A stretch of DNA of 64,000 nt from an uncultured bacterium. Its GTDB lineage: Bacteria > Poribacteria > DTPJ01. The stretch lies in NCBI GenBank assembly GCA_964564735.1, contig CAZMCH010000003.1, forward strand, positions 32,006-96,005, read 5' to 3'. A program made the translations under genes and the position numbers. The notes beneath the pieces are model-generated. The model did no database searches, had not been told where the DNA came from, and saw nothing but the letters and a program-made list of their open reading frames with translations. The number at the start of each line of letters is the position of its first letter. The first letter of the stretch is position 1. This document shows positions 56,670 to 64,000 of this stretch, one piece after another.

Positions 56670-56784
56670 TGGATGCTTATATTGGGAAATATTAATGTTG
56701 ATATTAAAAAGGTTAAATTTCTAAAATAAGATAAGGATCACTAACCAATAATGATTGATATGTGATTTAACTTATTAGGAGGAA

Positions 56785-56991
56785 ATGAAAATGAGAAGAG
56801 ATTTTTATGGTGGAAAAGGGCTAATTGGTTATACTGTTGAGAGTGGGTCGGTTGTTAATGGAGTAAGAGAGGATGTATATGACGGTAACGGTAGTTATAT
56901 GGGATATGTAGATGACTCAGGAACTTACGATGATATGGGTAGGCTTATAAGCTACAGTCGTTCACCAGGGCTACTTTTGGGAAAAATATAG
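56785..56991 (+). CDS. Small Gly/Tyr/Asp-rich protein with YD-repeat-like units
   Basis: 68 aa. Three degenerate units (GLIGYTVESG, DVYDGNGSYMGYVDDSG, TYDDMGRLISY). The last matches the YD-repeat core Y-x-YD-x2-GRL. AGGAGG Shine-Dalgarno. Confidence 0.4.
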   Translation: MKMRRDFYGGKGLIGYTVESGSVVNGVREDVYDGNGSYMGYVDDSGTYDDMGRLISYSRSPGLLLGKI

Positions 56992-57033
56992 AAAAAGATG
57001 AGGAAGATTAGACCATTTTAGAGGAGTTCCAAA

Positions 57034-57561
57034 ATGCAAGACTTAATAATGAAACTTTCCGAACTAATTAAAGAGCGAAATTCTATAGATCAAGAGATTT
57101 CATCAATGATTAATCGTCCCACTACAATAGGACACATGGGGGAATTCATAGCATCAAAGATTTTTGGGATAGAGCTTGAAAAATCAGCAAGCAATAAAAG
57201 TATAGATGGTAAATTCAGTGAAGGAACTCTTTCTGGATGCACAGTTAATATGAAATGGTTTTCTAATAATGATGGTCATCTCAATTTGACACCAAATAAT
57301 CCTCCGGATTATTATTTGGTAATGACAGGACCAAAAATTAAACCTAGTTCTTCATTGGGAAAATCGGCGCCCCTATGTATTGAATATGTTTTTATTTTTG
57401 AATCTTCTAACCTTATACAATGTGGAGTCAAAAGCGGAACTGCGAAATACGTTCCTAATCATTTATGGAATCAAGCTGAAATTTATCCGAATCAAGTAAG
57501 TAAATTGCTTATAATAAGTGATGCACAAAAGAAATTGATCAAATCATTCAGCTTACCTTAA
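57034..57561 (+). CDS. Hypothetical protein, possible PD-(D/E)xK-like nuclease fold
   Basis: 175 aa. GHMGEFIASKIFGIELEKSASNKSIDGKF...CTVNMKWF...DYYLVMTGP resembles the GE...D...(E/N)xK layout of restriction-endonuclease-like proteins. Recognition is weak. Confidence 0.3.
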   Translation: MQDLIMKLSELIKERNSIDQEISSMINRPTTIGHMGEFIASKIFGIELEKSASNKSIDGKFSEGTLSGCTVNMKWFSNNDGHLNLTPNNPPDYYLVMTGPKIKPSSSLGKSAPLCIEYVFIFESSNLIQCGVKSGTAKYVPNHLWNQAEIYPNQVSKLLIISDAQKKLIKSFSLP

Positions 57562-57565
57562 TAAA

Positions 57566-57793
57566 ATGCTTTGTGAATTTTGTGATGGAATAACTGAAAA
57601 ACGACAAGTCAGAAAACAACACTAGCTTAATGGGAAGCTTTATATTATAGAAAATGTTGAGGCGGAAGTATGCAAAGAATGTGGAGAACGGTATTTTCAT
57701 ACTCAAACCTTAGATTCTATTGATTGCCTGTTAGCATCAGAGCATAAAATAAAAGAAAAACTTTTGATTGAGGTCGTAGATGCCTCAATATAA
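57566..57793 (+). pseudogene. YgiT-type (MqsA N-terminal) zinc-finger protein with in-frame TAG
   Basis: Not in the ORF track. Translation MLCEFCDGITEKRQVRKQH*LNGKLYIIENVEAEVCKECGERYFHTQTLDSID... has the CxxC...CxxCGE pattern. TAG at 57623-57625 sits where this family usually has Trp (TGG). Confidence 0.6.
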
Positions 57794-57805
57794 AGGAGAC
57801 GAAAA

Positions 57806-58633
57806 ATGTCATCGGGAAACAAATACGGATTCTCGCCGGGAACGATACCCATAAAAGACGCAAACCCTCTACCGCAACCATCCGTCATACAAGAACCCAT
57901 GACCATCAACGCCCCCATGCCCATACCCGACCCATTCGTCCTGCCCTCGTCAAATATCGTTAGTTTCACCTTTGAGGATGGCAACATGATTGGATGGACG
58001 CCGGTTGACGAAGACCCCGCATCACTGAATCATATCGGTCCCTCAATATGGCGTGTTGAGGATGGTCCCATTTCAGGAAAAGCGTTACTACAAAACAGCA
58101 TCATCTGGGGCGATAAAGCCAATGTGACTCCTCTTGGAACTACCATAATTTATGATTTGCAGGAATGGCTAGACTTCGATATGGAATTTGATATGTTCAC
58201 AAAGAGTTTTTATCACAATGGGTTGGGTATTGTCTGGGGATGGAGAAATAAAACTTGGCATTATAGATTCCTGACAGTGCTTGATCCACGAAACCCAACA
58301 GGTGCGCCTCCTGAACAAAGAGCTCCTCTCTCAATGATACAAAGACGCACAAGCGATGCCCCGCCTTATTATTACACTATGGCATTTAAGAAAGAGGCAT
58401 CATATTATCATAATGCGACTATACACTATAAAGTTATGGTCAGAGGGCAGAATTTTAAGGTATATTGGAATAATGCCCTTGCAATAGAGGCAAATGCTTT
58501 GCTTTATCAGGGAGGCAAAATTGGCTTTACGCTTTATGGACAAGATAACACATATTTTGATAATATCAGTATAGAGGCAATCCCGCCTGCTGTTGCTAAT
58601 CAAAATGACAGGTTCACTATGCCTTTAAGGTAA
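57806..58633 (+). CDS. Proline-rich N-terminus plus LamG/DUF1080-like jelly-roll domain protein
   Basis: 275 aa. N-terminal P-x-P rich 50 aa. The rest resembles concanavalin-like lectin/DUF1080 domains (W..VDE...W.VEDG.ISG ... GKIGFTLYGQDNTYFDNI). Confidence 0.4.
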   Translation: MSSGNKYGFSPGTIPIKDANPLPQPSVIQEPMTINAPMPIPDPFVLPSSNIVSFTFEDGNMIGWTPVDEDPASLNHIGPSIWRVEDGPISGKALLQNSIIWGDKANVTPLGTTIIYDLQEWLDFDMEFDMFTKSFYHNGLGIVWGWRNKTWHYRFLTVLDPRNPTGAPPEQRAPLSMIQRRTSDAPPYYYTMAFKKEASYYHNATIHYKVMVRGQNFKVYWNNALAIEANALLYQGGKIGFTLYGQDNTYFDNISIEAIPPAVANQNDRFTMPLR

Positions 58634-58646
58634 TGGAGATATTAAT

Positions 58647-59699
58647 ATGACATCCAGAGAAAGAATATCGTTGGCGTTAGATCATAAAGAAGCAGATAGA
58701 ATAGGTATCCATGACAGCCCTTGGGGAACGACTGAAGCAAGGTGGCGCAGTGAAGGCATGGATAAATCTTCCACAGAATACTTTGGTTTTGAGTTTCGTG
58801 GATTCGGTGGAGATACGTCTTTTCAATTGCCATCGCAGGTTATTGAAGATACAGAGGAATATGTCATTGCTACAAATGCAGACGGCGCAAAAATGAAAAA
58901 CTGGAAACATACAACGTCAACGCCTGAAATGATAGATTTTACCATTACATCAAGGGAAATATGGGAAGAATATAAGCCAAGAATGACAATGAACGAATCA
59001 AGGGTCAACTGGGAAGGTCAGCTAAACGCAAATAAGGCTTGCGTTGAAGCTGGATATTTCTGCACAATGAATTTTGGTCCTGGGTTCACTTATATCTGTG
59101 ATGTTGTAGGTCCTGAAAGAACAATGATGGCGATGATGATTGAACCTGACTGGATAAAGGATATGTTTATGACAAACGCCCAAGTCTGCGCTGATATGGC
59201 TGAAGAAATGATAGGCAGAGGCATGATCTTTGATGCTGGATGGATATTTGATGATCTCGGATTCAGGGATTATCAGTTCTTTCCGCCTGACGCATATAGG
59301 GAATTACTTATGCCTGCACACAAGCTAATCTGTGATGTTTTCAAAAGCAAAGGGCTTTATATGATATTGCATACCTGCGGATACAACATGGAGTTTATTC
59401 CATTATATATAGAAGCAGGCTTTGACTGTATTCAGCCATTGGAAGTTAAAGCGGGCAATAACATGCTTAAATTAAAGAGAGACTACGGCGATGTCTTAAC
59501 ATTCATGGGTGGAATAGATGTCAGGGCGATGGCTTCCGAAAATCCTGATGATATAGTAAAAGAAATATCATCTAAAATACCCATTATGAAAAAAGGCGGA
59601 GGATATATCTATCATTCCGACCATTCCGTTCCAGATAACGTCAGTTTCAAGCAGTATTGCAGGACTATGGAACTCGTTGCGGAGTATGGGAAGTATTAA
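58647..59699 (+). CDS. Uroporphyrinogen decarboxylase (URO-D/MtaA-like) family protein, paralog 3
   Basis: 350 aa. TSRERISLALDHKEADRI ... LHTCGYNMEFIPLYIEAGFDCIQPLE ... GGYIYHSDHSVPDNVSFKQY. Closest in layout to paralog 2. Confidence 0.7.
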   Translation: MTSRERISLALDHKEADRIGIHDSPWGTTEARWRSEGMDKSSTEYFGFEFRGFGGDTSFQLPSQVIEDTEEYVIATNADGAKMKNWKHTTSTPEMIDFTITSREIWEEYKPRMTMNESRVNWEGQLNANKACVEAGYFCTMNFGPGFTYICDVVGPERTMMAMMIEPDWIKDMFMTNAQVCADMAEEMIGRGMIFDAGWIFDDLGFRDYQFFPPDAYRELLMPAHKLICDVFKSKGLYMILHTCGYNMEFIPLYIEAGFDCIQPLEVKAGNNMLKLKRDYGDVLTFMGGIDVRAMASENPDDIVKEISSKIPIMKKGGGYIYHSDHSVPDNVSFKQYCRTMELVAEYGKY

Positions 59700-59704
59700 T
59701 TAAA

Positions 59705-61294
59705 ATGAGTGAGGAAATGCTATTAACAATTAGGGAAGCTAGCGAATGGGCTACTGACTACATCAATAAGGATGTTACTCCTTCAAATATCGCTTATCTC
59801 ATTCAATATGGTAGAATAAAAAAAATACAGCAAAACGGAACAACTTTGGTCCACAAAGCTGATTTGATTGAATATTATGAATCTATTTTGAATAAGAGAA
59901 GGATTGATTGGAAAAAGCGATTGGGTGATGACCTGAATTGGTCGCTATCGTTTGAGCATGTTAAAGAAGCAGAGACTACAAAACACGTCCATCGGCTTCA
60001 TCCGTATAAGGGAAAATTTATTCCACAATTGGTTGAATATTTCTTGGATGATCATACAGATAATTTCAAGAAAGAAGCTTATTTCGGCAAAGGAGAGATC
60101 ATACTTGATCCATTCTGTGGTAGTGGAACAGCATTAATACAGGCTAACGAGTTAGGAATACATGCAATTGGCGTTGATATTTCCACGTTTAATGCTATGA
60201 TGACAAACGTGAAGGTAGATAAACATGATCTTGTTAATCTATATACTGAGATCGGAAATATTACCAGATCGCTAAATCATTATGTATATAAGTCGGGTGT
60301 CAATGAATTTGATGCTAAACTTATAAAAGAGCTAAATAAATTTAATGATATTTATTTTCCACCACATGAATTTAAAAGGCAAGTTAGGCTTGGTAATATC
60401 GATCAAAAAGAATATGGAAATCAAAAAGAGAAAGATTTTCTTATAACATATCAGAATATTGTGAATCTTTATAATATTGACCTAAATATTCAAGCAGATT
60501 CAGATAAGTTTATAGACAAATGGTATCTTCCTTCTATACGATCTGAAATTTTCTATGCGTTAGATTTAATAGAGAAAGTAGAAAATACAGATACGAAAAA
60601 GATATTAAAAATCATCTTGAGCCGAACAGCTAGAACCTGTCGGGCAACAACTCATGCCGATTTAGCTACTTTGAAATTTCCAGTAACCACAACATATTAT
60701 TGTAGCAAACATGGAAAAGTATGCAAACCATTATTCTCAATTATTAATTGGTGGAAGCATTATAGCAAAGACACCGTTAAGAGACTAGCAGAATTTGATA
60801 AATTGAGAACAAATACACATCAGTTATGTTTGATAGGAGATTCCAGAACTATCGACATTTTTAATGAGTTAGCGAAAGAAAATAAAGTATTTAGTGAATT
60901 GGCAAAAAGCAAAAAAATCAGGGGTATATTTTCAAGTCCGCCCTATGTTGGATTAATAGACTATCACGAGCAACACGCCTACGCTTATGATTTATTTAAT
61001 TTTGAACGAAAAGACGAACTAGAGATAGGTCCACTCTCTAAAGGACAAGGAAAAGAAGCAAGAGATTCTTATATTCAGGGAATATCTGATGTTTTAATAA
61101 ATTGCAAAAAATTCCTTGCAGATAATTATGATATTCTCCTTGTTGCTAACGACAAATTTAATATATACCCAATTATTGCTGAAAAGTCAGGAATGATAAT
61201 TAATAACAGATATAAAAGACCCGTCCTAAATCGCACCGAAAAGGATAAAGGGGCATATTCTGAGACAGTATTTCACTTAAAAGGCAAGGTATAA
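59705..61294 (+). CDS. DNA methyltransferase, motif order I...IV (alpha-like), SPPY catalytic motif (N4-C or N6-A), with N-terminal HTH
   Basis: SAM motif I ILDPFCGSGTALIQANELG (about aa 145). Long variable region. Motif IV IFSSPPYVGLIDY (about aa 420). N-terminal LTIREASEWATDY...IAYLIQYGRIK is excisionase/MerR-like HTH. Start at the ATG at 59705. Confidence 0.75.
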   Translation: MSEEMLLTIREASEWATDYINKDVTPSNIAYLIQYGRIKKIQQNGTTLVHKADLIEYYESILNKRRIDWKKRLGDDLNWSLSFEHVKEAETTKHVHRLHPYKGKFIPQLVEYFLDDHTDNFKKEAYFGKGEIILDPFCGSGTALIQANELGIHAIGVDISTFNAMMTNVKVDKHDLVNLYTEIGNITRSLNHYVYKSGVNEFDAKLIKELNKFNDIYFPPHEFKRQVRLGNIDQKEYGNQKEKDFLITYQNIVNLYNIDLNIQADSDKFIDKWYLPSIRSEIFYALDLIEKVENTDTKKILKIILSRTARTCRATTHADLATLKFPVTTTYYCSKHGKVCKPLFSIINWWKHYSKDTVKRLAEFDKLRTNTHQLCLIGDSRTIDIFNELAKENKVFSELAKSKKIRGIFSSPPYVGLIDYHEQHAYAYDLFNFERKDELEIGPLSKGQGKEARDSYIQGISDVLINCKKFLADNYDILLVANDKFNIYPIIAEKSGMIINNRYKRPVLNRTEKDKGAYSETVFHLKGKV

Positions 61295-61339
61295 AGGGAT
61301 GACCGTTGCAGAGAAAAAAGAAATGATAGTGGAGGCATT

Positions 61340-61489
61340 TTTGACATATCAAAGGAAGTATTAGTTGCTGAAGAATTATGGGATTTTATCGGTGGAAACG
61401 GCACATACCAGATATTGCTTGATTCTTTTGAAGCTGCAGGTATCGAATTAAGAGAAGAAATAGATAATTATTTTTCGCGATTTAAATAA
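61340..61489 (+). pseudogene. Possible C-terminal remnant of a restriction endonuclease gene
   Basis: In the same frame as the methyltransferase, directly after its TAA: ...GGIFDISKEVLVAEELWDFIGGNGTYQILLDSFEAAGIELREEIDNYFSRFK*. It looks like the conserved tail of a folded protein, has no start codon or Shine-Dalgarno of its own, and its family assignment is unverified. Confidence 0.3.
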
Positions 61490-61571
61490 TACTAAAGTTT
61501 GGAATGTTACAGGATTTGATAAAAAATGATTCTCCAATAATTTGAAACAGAAACTCTCCAGAAAAAATTAC

Positions 61572-61600
61572 TTGACCTAAATGTATATGAGTGTTATAAT
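61572..61600 (+). promoter_or_regulatory. Sigma70-type promoter upstream of the proline-rich ORF
   Basis: TTGACC (61572-61577), 17 nt, TATAAT (61595-61600). Followed by a CAGGAGG Shine-Dalgarno and the ATG at 61640. Confidence 0.5.
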
Positions 61601-61639
61601 TTTTTTAAGTAAAGTTTAGAGCAATTCAGGAGGCATATA

Positions 61640-62005
61640 ATGTTATCAAGTAATATATTTGGAAGTCCTTTGATACCGATACCTGAACCATCGAGGATTC
61701 CAGATCCTAAACCCATAGAACAACCAAAAGCTATGCCTGTTTCCTTTCCTGTGGAGAGTCCACAAATTATTAATGTCCCTTTGGCTATTGCCCAACCGTC
61801 TCAATTGCCAATGCCAGCGATAATTCCTCAACCGAGACAATTACCAGAACCAGCACCAATCCAAAGTTTTAGCATAATAAATAATCCTATTCCTATTCCT
61901 CAGGCATCCGTATTACCCGAACCTAAGCCGATTCCACAACCAAAACCAATATCAGAACCATCTGTTATATCAAGCCCATCTATCTTGCCTACGAGGATTG
62001 TATAA
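61640..62005 (+). CDS. Proline-rich low-complexity protein (P-x-P / I-P-x-P repeats)
   Basis: 121 aa, about 30 percent Pro, recurring (I/L)P(E/Q)P.P(I/L) units. Good promoter and Shine-Dalgarno. Composition resembles the N-terminus of 57806..58633. Confidence 0.45.
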   Translation: MLSSNIFGSPLIPIPEPSRIPDPKPIEQPKAMPVSFPVESPQIINVPLAIAQPSQLPMPAIIPQPRQLPEPAPIQSFSIINNPIPIPQASVLPEPKPIPQPKPISEPSVISSPSILPTRIV

Positions 62006-62027
62006 CCTAACAATAGAATCAAATCGG

Positions 62028-62056
62028 TTGACAATGCTATACTATGATTGTATAAT
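62028..62056 (+). promoter_or_regulatory. Perfect consensus sigma70 promoter upstream of the ThiD2-like gene
   Basis: TTGACA (62028-62033), exactly 17 nt, TATAAT (62051-62056). Confidence 0.6.
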
Positions 62057-62110
62057 TCTAGCGATACTCCTTGCCATAAATATTTTCATATACAAACATG
62101 GTATTTTAGT

Positions 62111-62536
62111 ATGAAAAATGTGCTTCGGATAATTGATGCAAATCTTAATCGGAGTCGAGAAGGATTGCGTGTCGCTGAAGAACTTGCTAGGTTTGTGCTT
62201 AACAATGCCAATCTCGCATCTCAGATGAAGTCCGCAAGACATGAGATCACACTAATCGCTAGACAATTGCCAATTAGTGATTCAGATTTTCTCTTGGCTC
62301 GTGATAGTATAAGTGACGTAGGTGCTGAGTTAAATTCTGAATCAGAAGATACTCGCATTAATTTATCACAAATTGCTATTGCAAATATAAGAAGGGCGGA
62401 AGAGTCTATGAGAGTTCTGGAGGAATTATCAAAGCTTTATTCTTCTGACGTTGCATTAGAATTTAAAAGGTTGAGATTTAGATTATATGAAATAGAAAAG
62501 CTAGTTTTGACAGAAATAATACAATATGAAAAATAG
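62111..62536 (+). CDS. ThiD2-family (ThiE-associated) domain protein
   Basis: 141 aa from the ATG at 62111. The listed ORF starts at 62048, but that lies at or upstream of the predicted transcription start. LRIIDANLNRSREGLRVAEELARF is the signature of the ThiD2/ThiE-N-terminal family. Confidence 0.55.
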   Translation: MKNVLRIIDANLNRSREGLRVAEELARFVLNNANLASQMKSARHEITLIARQLPISDSDFLLARDSISDVGAELNSESEDTRINLSQIAIANIRRAEESMRVLEELSKLYSSDVALEFKRLRFRLYEIEKLVLTEIIQYEK

Positions 62537-62651
62537 AGCTTTCAAAATATTTTGATGTGACTCAATATTATGAAATCATATTCATAAAAGAAATGTTTAT
62601 TATTATAGAATTATATGAATAGATAAAACCACACCTTGGAGGTGAAAAATC

Positions 62652-63944
62652 ATGACGCAGATAGAGTCGGCAAAGCTAGGTAAAATAACTTCAGAGATGG
62701 AAGCAGTTGCTGATCAAGAGGGATTATCACCAGAGTATATAAGAGCTGGCATTGAACAAGGAACTGTCGTTATACCACATAATATAAGACGCAATGGAGT
62801 CAAACTATGTGGAATTGGGGCAGGTCTTAAAACGAAAATAAATGCAAATCTTGGCACTTCATCTGACGAACCAAGTCTGGAAAATGAGCTTCAAAAGCTT
62901 AAAATTGCTGTCAAATATGGTGCTGATGCAGTTATGGACCTTAGCACAGGTGGTGACCTTGATGCAATAAGAAGATACCTTATTGATGAATCTCCCATTA
63001 CCATTGGAAGTGTGCCAATATATAATGCTGCTGTTGAGGCAGTAAGAAATGAAAAATCTATTGTAGAAATGACCCCTGATGATATATTTTGTGCTATTGA
63101 AAAGCATGTATCAGATGGGATTGACTTTATTACGGTTCATTGCGGAACTAATTTAGAGGTTTTGGGCAGATTACGTGAACAAGGTAGAGTCGCTGATGTA
63201 GTTAGCAGAGGCGGGGCATTTCTTATTGAGTGGATGATTTACAATGAACAAGAAAACCCTTTATATTCACAATTTGACCGTTTATTAGAAATAGCAAAAG
63301 AATATGACGTTACATTGAGTCTCGGCGATGGATTAAGACCCGGTTGTTTGGCTGATGCAACTGATAGACCTCAAATTCAAGAGCTAATCATACTCGGTGA
63401 ATTGGCATCTCGTTCCCGAAAAGCAGGTGTTCAAGCCATGATTGAAGGTCCAGGGCATGTTCCTATTAACGAGATTGAAGCGAACATATTGCTAGAAAAA
63501 AAACTTTGTAATGGTGCGCCATTTTATGTGCTTGGACCTCTTGTAACTGATGTTGCACCGGGATATGATCATATAACATCCGCAATTGGTGGGGCAATAG
63601 CAGGTAAAGCAGGTGCAGATTTTTTATGCTATGTTACTCCTGCAGAGCATCTTTGCTTGCCAACGCTTGATGATGTTCGAGAAGGGGTTATAGCCTCAAA
63701 GATAGCTGCTCATGTTGCTGATCTTGCAAAAGGAATTAAGTCTGCGCATGAATGGGATGCAAAGATGGGCAAGGCACGAAAAGAACTGGATTGGACTGCT
63801 CAGTCAGAATTGTCTATTGATCCTGAATTGGTAACAGAAATAAGAGGAAAACACCCATCTTCTGATGACGAAGTTTGCACCATGTGCGGAAAATTCTGTG
63901 CAATGAAAGGTGTTAGAGAATATCTAGCAAATAGCCGAAAATAA
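62652..63944 (+). CDS. thiC: Phosphomethylpyrimidine synthase
   Basis: 430 aa. Canonical ThiC blocks (GTVPIY, IEGPGHVP, CTMCG.FCA radical-SAM-like C-terminal Cys cluster). Confidence 0.95.
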   Translation: MTQIESAKLGKITSEMEAVADQEGLSPEYIRAGIEQGTVVIPHNIRRNGVKLCGIGAGLKTKINANLGTSSDEPSLENELQKLKIAVKYGADAVMDLSTGGDLDAIRRYLIDESPITIGSVPIYNAAVEAVRNEKSIVEMTPDDIFCAIEKHVSDGIDFITVHCGTNLEVLGRLREQGRVADVVSRGGAFLIEWMIYNEQENPLYSQFDRLLEIAKEYDVTLSLGDGLRPGCLADATDRPQIQELIILGELASRSRKAGVQAMIEGPGHVPINEIEANILLEKKLCNGAPFYVLGPLVTDVAPGYDHITSAIGGAIAGKAGADFLCYVTPAEHLCLPTLDDVREGVIASKIAAHVADLAKGIKSAHEWDAKMGKARKELDWTAQSELSIDPELVTEIRGKHPSSDDEVCTMCGKFCAMKGVREYLANSRK

Positions 63945-63948
63945 TAAA

Positions 63949-64000
63949 ATGAAATATGATATAACCACGAAATTAATTATAGGTATGGCAAAAGAGGCTA
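63949..64000 (+). CDS. 5' end of an unidentified gene running off the window
   Basis: The ATG at 63949 gives MKYDITTKLIIGMAKEA..., open to the window end. Too short to identify. Confidence 0.25.
   Translation, partial: MKYDITTKLIIGMAKEA

Noticed and set aside
57703-57987. A minus-strand 94-aa ORF spans the YgiT / LamG-like gene junction.
   Set aside because: It overlaps two better-supported plus-strand coding regions and has no motif support.
62537-62651. The leader of thiC was inspected for a TPP riboswitch.
   Set aside because: None of the conserved TPP riboswitch sequence blocks could be found by eye. This needs an Infernal scan to be definitive (see finding).

Overview
AT-rich bacterial contig, about one-third G+C by eye, standard genetic code. 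The taxon cannot be determined from sequence alone. Secreted proteins carrying a dockerin or an FlgD/T9SS-like C-terminal domain, plus three UroD-family paralogs, fit an uncultivated heterotroph (weak inference). Layout: (1) nt 1-26949 is one long plus-strand glycan/EPS locus of about 24 tightly packed genes. It holds a flippase, GT4 x6, GT2, GT26, a Wzy-like protein, an MBOAT with an SGNH-like partner, a FemAB-like/deacetylase/AsnB-like trio, an FkbH-like loader with an acyl carrier protein, and two paralogous GT-C-like membrane proteins, one of them frameshifted twice. (2) A 651-bp defective IS with 20-bp inverted repeats marks the locus boundary. (3) Core genes follow: rplM-rpsI, purA, tRNA-Lys and tRNA-Glu. 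(4) Next is a minus-strand esterase/UroD-like/amidohydrolase/DUF350 block. (5) tRNA-Leu is followed by a tyrosine-integrase C-terminal remnant, an array of GCTACAA direct-repeat dyads, and a gene fusing an ECF sigma factor to a TM helix and a six-blade Kelch propeller. (6) A decayed cNMP-binding/PP2C gene and a large gluzincin/tandem-95/dockerin protein come next. (7) Housekeeping genes follow (FNR-like reductase, mntP, suhB-like, sorbitol-DH-like, DUF58, tgt, PDO, CoA-binding). A VapBC cassette sits here, bracketed by a 50-bp duplication of the suhB 5' end. (8) Then an M28 peptidase, a MacB-type ABC pair, a lipoprotein and a vWA protein. (9) nt 55000-61500 is an accessory islet: MazE with internally deleted MazF, HicB-HicA, a Zn-ribbon-DUF4145 protein, a mini YD-repeat protein, a putative nuclease-like protein with a stop-interrupted YgiT zinc finger, a LamG-like protein, a UroD paralog, and an orphan SPPY DNA methyltransferase with a possible restriction-enzyme tail remnant. 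(10) Last are a ThiD2-like gene and thiC. No CRISPR array, rRNA or riboswitch was recognised. The most unusual items are the sigma-TM-Kelch fusion with its upstream repeat array, the FkbH/ACP module inside the glycan locus, the Campbell-type signature around VapBC, the homopolymer-broken GT-C paralog, and the decaying TA/defence islet. All functional calls rest on motif recognition by eye; no database search was run.
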